A DNA stretch of 64,000 bases from Ramazzottius varieornatus (GCA_001949185.1 BDGG01000021.1:24817-88816); one strand, 5' to 3'; positions 48,058-60,701 are shown, numbered from the stretch's first letter. The notes: generated by a model not told the origin, from the letters alone. Program-made: numbers and translations.

Positions 48058-48255
48058 CTTCATCATCATCACGGAGAACCTTAATTTACGTAAAGTCATA
48101 TAGAAGTCATTACGAGAAGCTATCACGGACTTCCGTCAAGAGCTCCTAAATGAGTGATTCCACTTCTCCTGTCATAACCGACTCGAAATGATCGAAAGTA
48201 GAATCACTCATTACGGAGCTCCTGACGGAGGTCCGTAATGGTTCTCCGTGATGAA
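48058..48255. repeat. Fold-back element
   Basis: Outer arms CATCACGGAGAACC/GGTTCTCCGTGATG; inner arms of about 40 bp (ACGGACTTCCGTCAAGAGCTCCTAAATGAGTGATTC and a near-perfect reverse complement). Confidence 0.75.
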
Positions 48256-48617
48256 GTGGAATCGCTGTATTAGCATGCCGCGTGTCCCCGGTCGCTCTCT
48301 CCGAAATGCCGATCCGGAATAACCCAACCAACTTCGTAATTGTATATCTCGAAACCTACAAAATTTCCAAGTCTATTTTGCCGATTAATATGTAGAGGAC
48401 GCGTGGAACTATATCCGCTGACCGTCTTGAATTTGTGGTTGTCGAACTCTTTCTGGAAAGTAATGTCTTCTTAATCGCCTTTCTGTTGCTCCAGCAGAGT
48501 CTTTATCTGAAGACCGGGTGTCCCGGTGTTCCGGTGTTTAATCTTCGTTGACTACTGTGGGCTTTACTGGACGAGCGCGGAAGTGACTTTGCCGGAACTG
48601 AGGCACTCGTAATTCGC

Positions 48618-48750
48618 ATCACTGACGAGCTGCTGAACATCGTGTTGCACAAAGGTGATTTGCTTGATTGCTGCCAGAACATATGGTTGATCAGTTGATG
48701 TGCACTACTATCAGTTTGTGCAGCACGGTGTTCAGCAGCTCGTCAGTGAT
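48618..48750. repeat. Fold-back element
   Basis: 36-bp arms ATCACTGACGAGCTGCTGAACATCGTGTTGCACAAA / TTTGTGCAGCACGGTGTTCAGCAGCTCGTCAGTGAT (2 mismatches). Confidence 0.85.
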
Positions 48751-48814
48751 TCGGATGCGACTCGAATCTGAATGCCCCCAAATGATCCCCCAAAAGAAGT
48801 CAGAAAAAAATTGA

Positions 48815-51790
48815 GATGGCAGGAAGGAGAGGAAGGCCGGATGTATCCGCGGCAAGCAGAGGATTTCCAGCGCCCAGCTTGTTATATATAGGCCTTGTTG
48901 GTGTTGTGGTCAGCGGCTGCTGTGGCTCCTCCAATGCAGGAGCTGTAGGAAGAAAACCGGTGAAAGTGTGGTTCATGTTTGAGGAGGGTCCTAACGGCTT
49001 GGCTGAAGGGCAAATGAGTAAAGGTAACGACATTAAACTGGAATAGGGAAGATCAGGTGAATGCAGGACTTCACGAAGGTGGCGGAAGTTCGGGAAGGCT
49101 CTGATGGGACAGACAGAATGGCCAGTTGGCGGAAGAGTTACCGACTGGTGGGACCCGGCTTTGCTGTGACGTAAGTGGAGGAATGGAAGAATCGGCGTTG
49201 ATGGAGACATCACGATAGAGGATTGTTTGTTCGGAGGGGGTGTTTTCTTGAATTCGCAAGAGTGGAGAAGACTGACGAGGGGATTATGCCTGTCCCCTCT
49301 TTTTGGTCAAACTGTCCTGGCGGAACAAGAGAGGAGAGTCTCTTCTAGGATCTGAGCCAGTGAGCTAAATCCCGCGTCGATCCTTGAACAAACTACAGGG
49401 ACTCGGAAGTCAAGTCAGAAATTTATGCCAATAATGTAGAAACGTGATGACTTGTAGACCTAACAAACAAACCCTGAAACCCATCAGTAAACAAACTTGT
49501 CACGGCAAATAGATAGTACAGAAATGATGAGCGTCATAAAAGTGATGGAAGCAAAGACGGGCCTTGCACCACCCGCAAACCAGAAGAACAATGTCTGCAG
49601 TTCTCGTGCAGACAACTGCCTTTCAGCTTATCAAACATAAACTTGGCTGGATTAACATACATGAAACGTTCGTCGGTATATCCCGACTTATGCCAAGCTT
49701 CAGCTATCAAATTTTCGAACCTGGGCGACTGAAACTGTTGATACAGCAAAGAGCGTAATCTCAAAATCACATCGAGACGATGCACTTGAACGGGTAAATC
49801 GTGCAAAAAGACAAAGTCGGATATCTTCTTGAAGCAGCCTTTGTACATCCTAATGCATAACACATGCAGCGGTTGAATTTGACCGGTAACTTTCGGAGGG
49901 ATGGTCAGCATTTCGTACTCCAGCTCTTCCGGTTTCAGTTCAATCACAGAATCTTGATCGGTGAAGATCTTCCACGAGCCGGCCAAGAAACTGCACCGCT
50001 CTTCCATATGAGAGAAAAGAACTTTTTCTGACCACTCTAAGTAGAGCTTCTTGGTCATCTTCCCGGATGGCGAAGCAGTGACATACAGATTATCAGCCTT
50101 GAACATCGTTCTCGACACGATTGGACTAACACTCCTTTCTCTTCCTTCAGCGTTAGGAAAAGAACAGGAAGAAACTTACGCCTGCCCGGGGAGACCGCCA
50201 TCATCACAGTGTAGCTATGTGTCATGGAATTCTCCGACTGGGTGATCGCTTCCACGTGTTTTACTCCAGCCGTTTCCGAAGTTCTTCCTGGTCTCATTTC
50301 ATATTCAAAGCCTGACTGATCCGCATTCCACAGACAGTCTAACCCGTACTCTGCGATCCTTGATCTAACGAGCGCAACGCAGGCTTCAGCACTTTCCTTG
50401 ACGTGAGGCGCTTTTTGTATGGATTTCTTGGTGACGAACTTGGTTATTTTCCGGTCAACGATCCCATAATATCTAGAAGATATTAATTTCGCTTTTGAAG
50501 GAAATCGAAGCACAAAAAACTGTTGGTACCGTTTGAGTTTTCCGATCAGTCTGGGGAAGCAGTGAAACCGGCCAAGTTTACCGTTTCGTTCGCAGTGAGA
50601 GCCCATCGACGTAAGTCCAAATCCTTGACCATTTGCTTTTTCCTTCTAGCGAGGCAGAACTGCTTACCGACATCCAAACGTAAAGCCTTCAACTAGTCCA
50701 GCCTGGAACCGCCTTCCACTACCTGCTTTTCCCAGTCGTACAGCTGCCGTATGCTGGTTACTTTACCAAAACTTCTCTGAACAGTGGTCAACGTGAGACG
50801 CTTCTTCTTCACGGCGTTTCTCCAGTATGTAGCCTCACGTTTTTTGTACTCCAAGTTGACCAACTGATCCACTGGAAGCTTGGGGTTAGGAAGTCGTGGG
50901 ATGTATAGCTCATGGGAAGAAGGTTCAGTTCCGCTGGAAACAGGCTCAAGCAGTCTATCAGGTTCCGTAACGTCGAAGTCAGCTTCACTCCGGCCATTCA
51001 GCAGGTTGCACTGGACAACAGATGCTTCGCAATCTGCAAACGACTCGACGCGGATCTGCAGATCATACTGGAGGTCTTCTTCAACGGCATACACAGGAGT
51101 AACACTTTGGGTGATCTTCGAGTCGATGAAATCTAGGAAAGATTACGAATCAAATTAGTAACTTTTTTGTTTTTGAGCTCCCGTGCACAGCAAGATTACC
51201 TTTAACTATGTCCTTGAACTGGCTGTCAGCTTCGCTTGGAAAATCGTCGATACGGTAGAGCAGTTTGTAGTCCCATTCCAGCAGCTTGATAACATTCAAC
51301 AAGTTGATGGATTCCATTTCACAGAAGCGCAGGAATGAATGAGCAAATGAGAGCAGATTGAAAAACAACAGAAAACTTGATGAGCAGGAAGCACAGGCTC
51401 AATCAACAACCGAATCAACCATCGAACAATCAAGTCTTGATCGTTCATTACTCTGCCTATTTACCGCCCTAATTTCGACGTCACTCCCTAGTCCCTGTAG
51501 TTTGTTCCAGGATCGACGCGGGATTTAGCTCACTGGCTCAGATCCTCGTTCCGCCACGACAGTTTGACCAAAAAGAGGTGGGGACAGGCATAGTCCCCTC
51601 GTGAAGAAGGCAAAGCAACAGACGGTCCAGTAGAGATACTGGGTAGCAGCGTCGAGTCGGGAATATCACAGACGAAACTTAATGCGTCGTATGAGCAGGG
51701 CAGTGATGGGCAGACGGGCGTCAGGAGGGCGTTCGTTCAACCGGTGGAAGCCTCCGACGACGTAGTGTAGGTATTGGTCAGCGGTGAAGT
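48815..51790 (-). pseudogene. Tyrosine recombinase remnant of a DIRS/Ngaro/Crypton-type element, split by a DNA transposon
   Basis: RLPIT...YWTVCCFAFF|SLLHSCEF (degenerate AFFGxLRxxEF), LHLRHSK...CPIRA, FSSYSSCIGGATAAA...IQQAGRWKSSACRGYIRP; contains stops and frameshifts. Confidence 0.85.
49276..51601 (-). mobile_element. Tc4/Tc5-type (pogo-related) DDE transposon, defective, with a 3-bp TGA target duplication
   Basis: TIRs of about 110-130 bp starting CGAGGGGA.TATGCCTGTCCCC; TGA on both flanks; transposase motifs LWNADQSGF, THSYT, SGKMTK, IPPKVTGQIQPL, AWHKSGY and a C-terminal Cys/His cluster. Confidence 0.9.
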
Positions 51791-54523
51791 CGGCAGCTAT
51801 GGCGCTGCGCAATAGCCAATATGGCAAAAAATTGGTTCCCGTATGTAGTGCCCATCATGTGACTACAGGTTAGCAGGCGGCTTGGTTCATTTGGGCAAAT
51901 TCGATATCGCGTACGGAACGGCTCCATGGGTGTAACGTACGTACACGGCTTACGCATCGGCTCAAACCGTTACGTCAGGTTCAACATTGCCGTTTCCCAG
52001 CTGTTTGTCATATTCGAATGTTCCAGCCCTATGGCTGGAAGTCGGACAGGCCACGCTCTTGCTTTCAGATAACTTGGAGAAATTTTTTCAGTTTTCCGGA
52101 AAGGTCTTGCATCTCCGACATTGATTAAAAATCAGCCCAAGGACTTGGCTAGACCAAAAGCCATTAAAAGCCATTAAAAGTACAAACTCTTGGTTTGGAC
52201 CAAACTTCGCAATTTTTTCCATGAGGAGGGGTTTCTCGGCAAAATGGTCAAATTCGACAATGTTAAATCGTGTTCAAAGTGGTTTGACTTTCTTGCGATC
52301 TGTTCGTGATTTTTTTTTCAACACGAACAGATCGCAAGGTACTGCAAAAATTCGCTGCGTCCGCGCTGTACGTACGCCGCCGTATACGTACGTAATGATG
52401 CGCTCCCGTAGGGGGTTGAGCCGGACCGGGGCTGTACTTCACGTGTACGATGACGTACTGCGCGGACGCAGCGAAATTTTACAGTAGTTATACCCAGACC
52501 AAAATCAAATCAAGGATGGATTGTCAAACAGGGAGTTCCAGAGAACCTGTTTCATTCGTGGCGTGAAGTCTTCCTCACCGGAAGACATGCCAATCAACGT
52601 TTTCAACCAATGCATGCAAATGAACTATGTCTCTTTGGGGAGAGCTTGAAAAGCTGAACGAAATCTGTGAAGGACCGAAAGGAGAACCAGCACTTTGACT
52701 TTCTTCTGCGCTAAAGTTCCAGGTCATAGCAAGTTGGAGTGTTCACCCTGTAAACCGACAGCAGATGAACAATGAAAAATACAAAAGGTGTCCAACGGAT
52801 GTGTAGAAATACATCCTGTAACAGCCAACTTGTCTCCTCCCATTTTTTAAACTCGTTTAAACTCACCATCAAATTATCGTGTCTAACTATCCATGCAGAA
52901 AAGCTAGCGCAACTTCTAAGCTACTGATTACTGTTGTAGTTTGCCTGTTTGTTGTTTCAGTGTTGGTCGGAAAAATGTTGATTACGTGCGGCTAGTGATC
53001 GGGACAATTGTCAACTTTTTTGACGAAAATTAAATTCGGCAGAGTCCAGAATGAGCATCCCTCTACAAACTATAACACATTATGTTTAAATTACAGTTCT
53101 CTATCGATTCACATCAGCGCTTTAATTTATTTTGATCAGAACAATGTTTTAAAAAACTAATATTCAAATCGGAAAATGACGAAAAATTCGGGTCAAAAAT
53201 AGTTTTGGGTTTTGTCCCATTCGAATTTTGGTGATAGTTCCGGATGAGCTTGTTAGATCTCAAATACCTTGTGTTCTTCGAAAGTAGATGATCTGGGCTA
53301 TCGAGCAACCACAAAGGCTAATGGTAGAACTGTTTGAGAAAGGCACACCAGTTTTTGAATAAAGGAGGGACAGGTTGGCTGTTACAGTCTGTACAATCCG
53401 ACTACAGAAACACCGGACTGCGTCGGGATGCGCGACGGACTTCGATGATAAGGAGGTAATACTTCTCGTGTAGCGGCACGAGAAACGAACGGATAAAATC
53501 TTGTTTGCCCCACCGACATGAAACATGATCGAGGAGAATCTAGGCTTTGTTCAGAGAGAATAGACGTACTGATAAGAAACCCGGTATCGAGTGCGAAAGC
53601 CACTGATGCATAACGAAATGAAAGCAGCGTAAACAGTGTGATGGTTGGAGGAGGAGGAAGGAAAAGAATTTGTGGCGCCCCGAGGAGCCAGTGGTCAGCA
53701 CATGCTAACCAAAATCAAACTCGGTTCAATTTTAATTCAACCAATGTTTAATCTCATTTCTGTCGCTCCAGCAATGTATGGAGACCGTGTGTCCGGATGT
53801 TTAATCTCCGTTCGAACAATCATCTCCTTTCTGTTACTGGAAAGCTGATTCAGTACACGAAGAACACGCTAACAAACTTGCAAGCAGTAGCAATTAAGGT
53901 CCAATAAAATCTCATTAAAATGAGCGCTACGGAATATCATATCTTTGTAACAGCACAAGAAATTCTTTAACACCTGCCTCGTTGACGACCGTTTCGTTGT
54001 CGGCACGGTTTACAAACCGAGTAGTTTGTAACGTATAAGATTGATATGGAGCGAGTAAAATGACATACTGTACCAGCTACGCTTGCGTTTACACAAAACT
54101 ATGTTTTGGGCGAACGCGAACGTAGTTGGTACAGTCAGGTATGTCTGCAATCGTCCTCCAGACAGATGAAGATACGGGTTACAATTAAAATTAGCTTGCA
54201 AAATGACCATACTGACGAAGTTTTCTAAAACTGTCCCACGTAAATCAGTCGGATGTTAGATTTTCGGCGAAAAATGCTCAACACTACCACAGATTTTCGG
54301 CTTGTAAAAGTTGCAATTACATTCTACATTTACATTACAACTTCCCGGTGGTTGCAATGCCGTGTAAAACTGTAATTCTAATGTAAACTGTAACGTAACG
54401 TAAAATGTAAGGCTCATGATTAGACTTGAATACACTATTTTTTGCCGTTCAACAAAATCAACAAAAGGCATTCAGTTAGAGTTTCATGCGACACCCTACA
54501 GAACAGTTTGAGTGTAGCAAATC

Positions 54524-55213
54524 TAGTGGTGCTCGGAGAGGTCAAAGGTCATTATAAAAGTGAGGCAACGGCATTCTGACCTCTTTGATTAAGGATCCAT
54601 TAACTAGGCCACAATAATGCATTAATTGAAAAAATTCTCGTAATTGCGGGCAGTGAGATGGAATTCAAATTCCACATTCGCACCGCGTGTGCGCGAGGCC
54701 TATCCATCACGAAAGGTGCTGTGTGCGCGAGATAAGGCTGCGTTTTATCTCAACTTCTGGACTTTCATTCGATCAAACAGCGACTGTTTCAATCAGCCTT
54801 CCACAGTAATCAACGATCACACAGGGTGTGGGTTTAACTCTAGCTTGCTGGAACAAACGAGAATGATTGGAACATCAAACAAAAATTTCAGTCAGATGAA
54901 TCGAACCAGGAAAATTTTCAGTTCTGAATAAGGATATATCAATTTGGTCTGAAACTTTTCCCAATTGTGGGTGTAATCTTCTAAGGACGACGATTCCGCA
55001 CTGGGATTTAATCGAAAGGTTTCTAGAACACCATTACGTGCATGCATGTTATTTCAGCATTTTCTGGCGGTTAAATAACAGTTCAGAAAAGTAGCCAATC
55101 AGAATATAAGAGATGCGGTCTTAAGGTGACCATGGGTGTGACCGTAGGTTAAGCACTTGACCGTGACCCTGCTCCATTTTTATAGTGACCTTTGACCTCT
55201 CCGAGCACCACTG
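54524..55213. mobile_element. Non-autonomous hAT-type element
   Basis: TIRs of about 35 bp (TAGTGGTGCTCGGAGAGGTCAAAGGTCA.TATAAAA / reverse complement ending CACTG) and an exact 8-bp duplication AGCAAATC (54516-54523, 55214-55221). Confidence 0.9.
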
Positions 55214-56617
55214 AGCAAATCTGTCGACCACGGTGCGAATGGACCTCGCTGGCGACTTCCACGTTGGAAAGAATGCCGATTCATGACTTCGCTTTGCTAC
55301 ACGATACGCAACAAGAACGAATCAGCCTTTGACCCGCATTCTCACTTGTTATTTTAGCTTCGCCGAGTTTCCTATAGTCATACTTACGCACCTGACGGTA
55401 TTATCAGATGCGCAAGTACGAAATTTTGGTTTTCGACTGATCATCTTTGAAACATTTACTCAACTTTGTGTGGCGACTTTCTAAGTCTAACTTACGTTTG
55501 GTGTTAGACTCTTGTTAATTTAGCAAAACAGAAAACAGGTGGCTGCCACCATTCGAGAAAGAAAGAAAAATTGCGGAAGGAAAGGAGGACCTTCAAAACT
55601 GAGTCTCCTACAAAACTTTTTCTCTCTCGGCAGCGGCGGCCTGATCGAAAAAATGTTAGGTAGTTTAGTACCCCGTAACTTTTGCTATGTAACGAAGAAA
55701 ACACGGTATGGAAAATCAGCCTGCAGAGTTTTAGAAAAAAGGTTTCGTAAAAAACCGGGTGGTGCGCAGCGTTGTCTGAGGTGCGCAAGTTTAGTGAGGT
55801 ATTCGAATTCTGATTGTCATGGCTTTGACCGATCCTTCTGATGTTGTGGTCGGGGATACTGCTGATGATGTGTCTTATAACGCCACTCCAAGTTTGGAAA
55901 GGATCGATCGTCGAGTAGCCTTACAGAATACTCGGTTTCTCAAAAAACTTCTAGTTTTTCAGGGGTTAACTTGCAACTGGCTGACTTTCCGGAGAAAGCT
56001 TTCTAACCAAAACTTTTGCCTGCTTTAAAAAGTACATTCATCCTCCTCTTGTTCCTCATACAGCATGAATTTCTAGCCAACTCAGACGAAGAGCAGTGGT
56101 CAAAACAGTAAACTTGGCAAATTTTTCAAAAATTTGCGGTAAATTGAAACTTCCCTAGGAAATGTCAGGAACAACTTCTGTAGTAAGTTTATTGCTTATT
56201 TAAGGGAAGACAGACGATGTATCGTCTTTACCAAATTAGGAGAGGAAAGGAGCCAGCGTTCCCGAGATATGAATATTCGAACTATGGGTAGAAAAAACCG
56301 AAATTTCATACGTGGGGACCTGATAATACCACAACTAGAGGTAATAATTCAACTTTGAAGATGTGGGTACTATAGTAAATTTTATTTCCGGCTGCTTTCC
56401 ATGGCAGCGCTCTATCCAAGTGCGAAAGGTCCACTAAACGTCGCAGTTCGGTCGGGCAGAGGTCACAGGGCGGATATTGGCATGTGCAATTTGTGCTATT
56501 CTAACGTGTAGTATACTTAACCGTAAACAGTTACCACTCGGTAAGGTGTAACAATGTAGATATGAAGAGAAGAAGGGGGACAGTTTCTGGTGGTGTCACT
56601 TGACTGGGACTGATTTT

Positions 56618-57400
56618 ATGAACTCGCCGCCTGCGCTCCGTTTAACTCCTGTTTCCGTTCACATTTACGATATTTTCTGGACGAACCGTATACTTTCCCG
56701 TGTCGGTTGTGGTTGTTACCATTCCGGTGTTGAAGTCTACGGAAATGAGTACGGCTTCGCTGGACACCCCTTCAGTTTCAGGTGGGCACTTTTGATAACA
56801 CGTACGTACACGTCAGCTACGTCACATGTAGATAGCAAGCTGACTTTTCTGCTGTTTCATAATTTTTCGACCCGTCCAATCGAAACTGTCAATTTTTACG
56901 AGGCAAAGTTCGCTTGAATATTGGCGATTTTTCCCCACAGTGGCCTATTGGAAAAGGAACCAAAAGATTGTGAAGAACTAGGCGACCAGTTTCACTACCG
57001 ACTAAGCCTCCTTCTGGACCACACCACCCTTACCCAAGTCGAAGTTCAGAGCCTGCTGGGCGTATTGGCTCACGAGTGGCACGGTTACACATACCACGTA
57101 CTTCTCCGCAACTGCAATCACTTCTCGGACTGTCTCAGTCGGCTGCTGTGCGGTCGGCAAGTCCTGCCGACTTGGGTCAATCGAATGGCCAACGGTCTTA
57201 GCCACATCCCTTGGCTGGACCGTATGGTACCCAAGGACTGGATCCAGCCATGTCGGGACGAAGAGAACATTGCCGTGGAGAATATCTTGGGCAACGGCTT
57301 GGATATGACGCGCTTGTGGGAGATTACCTTCTTCAATAAGGTCCCCACTAGTCTTTACCTTGGGCGAAGAAGACATAGGCCGAAATTGTTTCAGCCATAA
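56618..57400 (+). CDS. DESI2: PPPDE/DeSI2-like desumoylating/deubiquitinating isopeptidase, 2 exons
   Basis: VHIYD..WTN...G.GCYHSGVEVYGNEYGFAGHPF (catalytic His); YHVLLRNCNHFS (catalytic Cys); PTWVNRMA; intron 56782-56940. Confidence 0.9.
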
Positions 57401-58068
57401 GGGAACCGGAGGATGGTGTCAATAGAAGGGTGTCAGTTGAAAACCATGAGACGTCGGCAAATAAAAGAGAATCTGCGCCGCGCCGCCAAAGTCGGCGTCT
57501 ATCTCCAATTTTTGAGACACAGACGAATGCACCGGGTGATGTATTTTAGAAATCTGTTTTTGTTTTTACAAATAAACACAGGTTATTTCGGTTATTTTAG
57601 CACTGTCGTGCTCAACTGATACATGTACACGCACAATGGGTAATTATGGGGCAGCAAAAATTATGGAACAGACTTTTTCACTACGGCGTACGGAAGCACG
57701 TGCGCACACGACCAATTCACACTAATTTACTTTCAACACTTTTCTACGGTTGAATTTCCACTTTACCGTCCTTCCCGCCTGTCCCATAAGTTTTAATGTC
57801 CCATAATTACCCATCGTGCGTGGACAATAGGTGGTAGCTGCGTGTAGGCATGGTTACATCGTAGAGAGTACCGCATTGACTAAAACACTGCAATGTTATA
57901 TTTGGGCATTCACGACTCGTGAGTCGCCTTATCGATATTACAGCAACGGAAGTTTTGTTTGAGTCGGATACCATCTTTTGGCCTTTGTGCTTTTTCGGGA
58001 TGATTTTGTTGGTGGAATCTGAGTAGTCGGTCTTCGCATTCTTGCCTTCAGAACTACAAGACATTGTC

Positions 58069-60623
58069 ATGTCTGCCGATCCGACGGCCTTTGACCCCTC
58101 GTCATTCAACCCAGCTACCAAAAGCGTAGTGCGTCGAACTTCAATGCTGGTGGAGAACCGCAAGAACCAGAAAGCCGAAGAAGAAGCCGAGAAGTTGCAG
58201 CAACGCAAGAAGAAGACCAGCGCGGCGTTCCAACAAGGTTATGGCGCCGAATTGAACCCCTTCATCTTGGTCGACACCGTCGACTCGCCCTCGGGGAAAC
58301 AGCCCAGCGATGCCACGACAGCTAAACCGCAGGTTGTCCGACGGCGTATCCTGGTCGAGCCGGTCTTTAGTCGCTTGCATAAGCGGACGGGTCATGGAGA
58401 AAGTATGTTCCGACAGATTATCCTCGATCAAGGTATAACCGATACCAGCTTGGTAGAGGAAATTGACCGCGGCGACGACAACGAGTACGAAATGGGAACT
58501 GAAATGCAGCTGAGGAATGTCCATGATTACGTTGACTATAGCAGCAAAGCTTTGGTCACTGGCTTCATCAAAGAACACGTAAGACGACTGTAATTTTCAT
58601 CAATTTTCTTACTGAGAACAAGATCGAAAAAACTTTCGAGATGGACCGAAGCTCGATATTTTGAGACCGATCGGTCTCAAATTATCCTCACTGTGTATTT
58701 TTTCCCCATATATTGGTTTGATTTCGAGCGTGTTGTGGACGGAACTACAGTATGTGTGTCGTTTTGCTGCGACATATTTTGATGTTCTTAGGCAGTGGGA
58801 AACATTCTTCTCTCGGCAACATTCCGGTACCTGGTCCTGTTGGTGATCTTGATTAACGCAGTCTTGATTGGACTGGGAACAGATAACTACCTGAGTATAA
58901 AGTATGGCATTTACATGGAAGCCTTGGAAAATATCATCATGGCAGCCTTTGTAATCGGTGAGTTGCTAACATGCCTGCCAGTTGCGCTGTTCAATCTCTA
59001 GTCCGCTTTTGTCGATGCATTAACCGCCTATTGCTTTTCTAGAAATACTGTTCAAATGGTATTACAACTTTGAAGTGTTCTGGAAGGGCGGATGGAACAT
59101 ACTGGACTTTGTCATCGTCATGATCTTGTTCTTCGGCAGCAGCTTGAAGTTTCTAGGCTCCAGCCGAGTACTTCGCATTCTTCGAGTCATCCGGGCATTC
59201 CGCTCACTGCGGGACACTCCCCTTTTCAGCGGACGTAAGTGCCTTGATGTGCAAATGACAGTCACCACTCTAGCACCTGTAGGAGTACTGACCTGTTTGC
59301 TGGCTTCCTTTATAGTCAGCTTGATCTTCCAAACTGTGGCGCGCTCGGTATCAGACATGGCCAACATCATCCTGCTCATGTATGCCTAGTAAGGAAACAG
59401 CATTCATCTTCTGCTCCATATGACCTGTTGTCTCATGGCACCAACGTTGTCCTCATAGAGAACTCGTCTTTGTAGGCTGATCATGATTTGCTTGTTGGGC
59501 GTCGTCGGTGTACAGCTCTTCGGAGATGCGGTGCCGCTGTACTTTGACTCTTTCTCCGACGCGGTGTTCAGCATCTTCATATGTCAGACCCAGAGGGGAT
59601 GGGTTCGCATTTACAATATGTTCATTGCTGCTGGTGGCGTAAGTCCATTGACTCACTTGGCCCATCCACCATACATCACAGCGGTGCCACAATTGAAATA
59701 CAGTCATATTTTCCTTTCAGGCATATTTCTGGGGTGGCTTCATCTATTTCATCGTGACCATAACACTGACATCGTTCGTTTTGAAGAATCTGTTTGTGGC
59801 GGTACGTTCTATGTAGAAATTTGTCGTGCTGATAAATCGAATCGTGTCCTGCAGGCCTGCGTGGCAATCTTCGGTACTTTTCGCCTAGTAGGGCGAACTG
59901 TACAGGCACGAAAGAAAAAGTCTGGACTAGTACAAAGGCTCGATCAAGCGTGGAAAAATATTTAACCGTAGAAAATTGTCCAGAATGGAGTGAAACGGAA
60001 TGCTTTTTCCGATAATCTTCTACGGTTTAATCTTACGCTGCAGTCTTTTTCGCCATGGTCCAGACTTCTCTTCGGACGTCTACAGCCCATAGTGAAATGA
60101 AACCGAGGGAAAGCAAGACACTAGTTCTTCTCCAGTCTAAAGTTCAGGTAACTGGCTCTGATGTTCATAGGTGGTGGTTACAAACTTGCGCAAGGAAATG
60201 AAAGCCGCACAGGAAGAACGCGACCGTAAAGAAGCCAAGAAAAACAAAACAAAACCTGCCGTCAAAAATTCCGCCGAAGGCGATGAAGATGGCGAAGAAG
60301 GCGAAAGCGAGGAAGAAGGTGAAGCGGAGAACAAGCTTGAACCTTTGATTGCCGCAGCCCGAGGTTGGAAAGGCGGTGACAGCCAACGGCGAGTTCTCCT
60401 ACCGATGTTTCTCAATCTGGTCACACTGGAGGATCTGCAGAAGTATCTGTTTCTCCAAGTGGCTCTCGAAGAGAACCTCACTGTGTATCGGCAGCTTCGA
60501 GCCAGACTGAAAGATATCTACGGAGAAGTGCATCTGATGAACGAATCGTACTTTAAAGAGCTGCGGAAGAAGCCACCGCAGCAGATGAACGCTCAACCTC
60601 CAAAAAGACGGTCGAAAGTCTGA
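58069..60623 (+). CDS. CATSPER4: CatSper4-like single-domain 6-TM cation channel alpha subunit, 7 exons
   Basis: FWKGGWNILDF, S4 RVLRILRVIRAFRSLR, SVSDMANII, GVQLFGDAVP.YF, pore FICQTQRGW, GGFIYFI...NLFVAVVVTNL, C-terminal ALEENLTVYRQLR...GEV; all junctions join in frame. Confidence 0.88.
59895..60090. repeat. Imperfect fold-back element in the last CatSper intron
   Basis: AAGTCTGGAC/GTCCAGACTT and ACCGTAGAA/TTCTACGGT nested inverted pairs. Confidence 0.55.
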
Positions 60624-60701
60624 CAGGACTCCGGTGGCCTTCTTCAGAATTCCTCTATCGACAGCATTTGTAGAGATCATGCTCCAATCTGAAGATAGTT
60701 T

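Noticed and set aside
58069-60623. Single-domain channel as a horizontally acquired bacterial Nav
   Set aside because: It has six spliceosomal introns and CatSper4-type motifs (DMANI, FICxTQxGW, C-terminal ENLxxY coiled coil).
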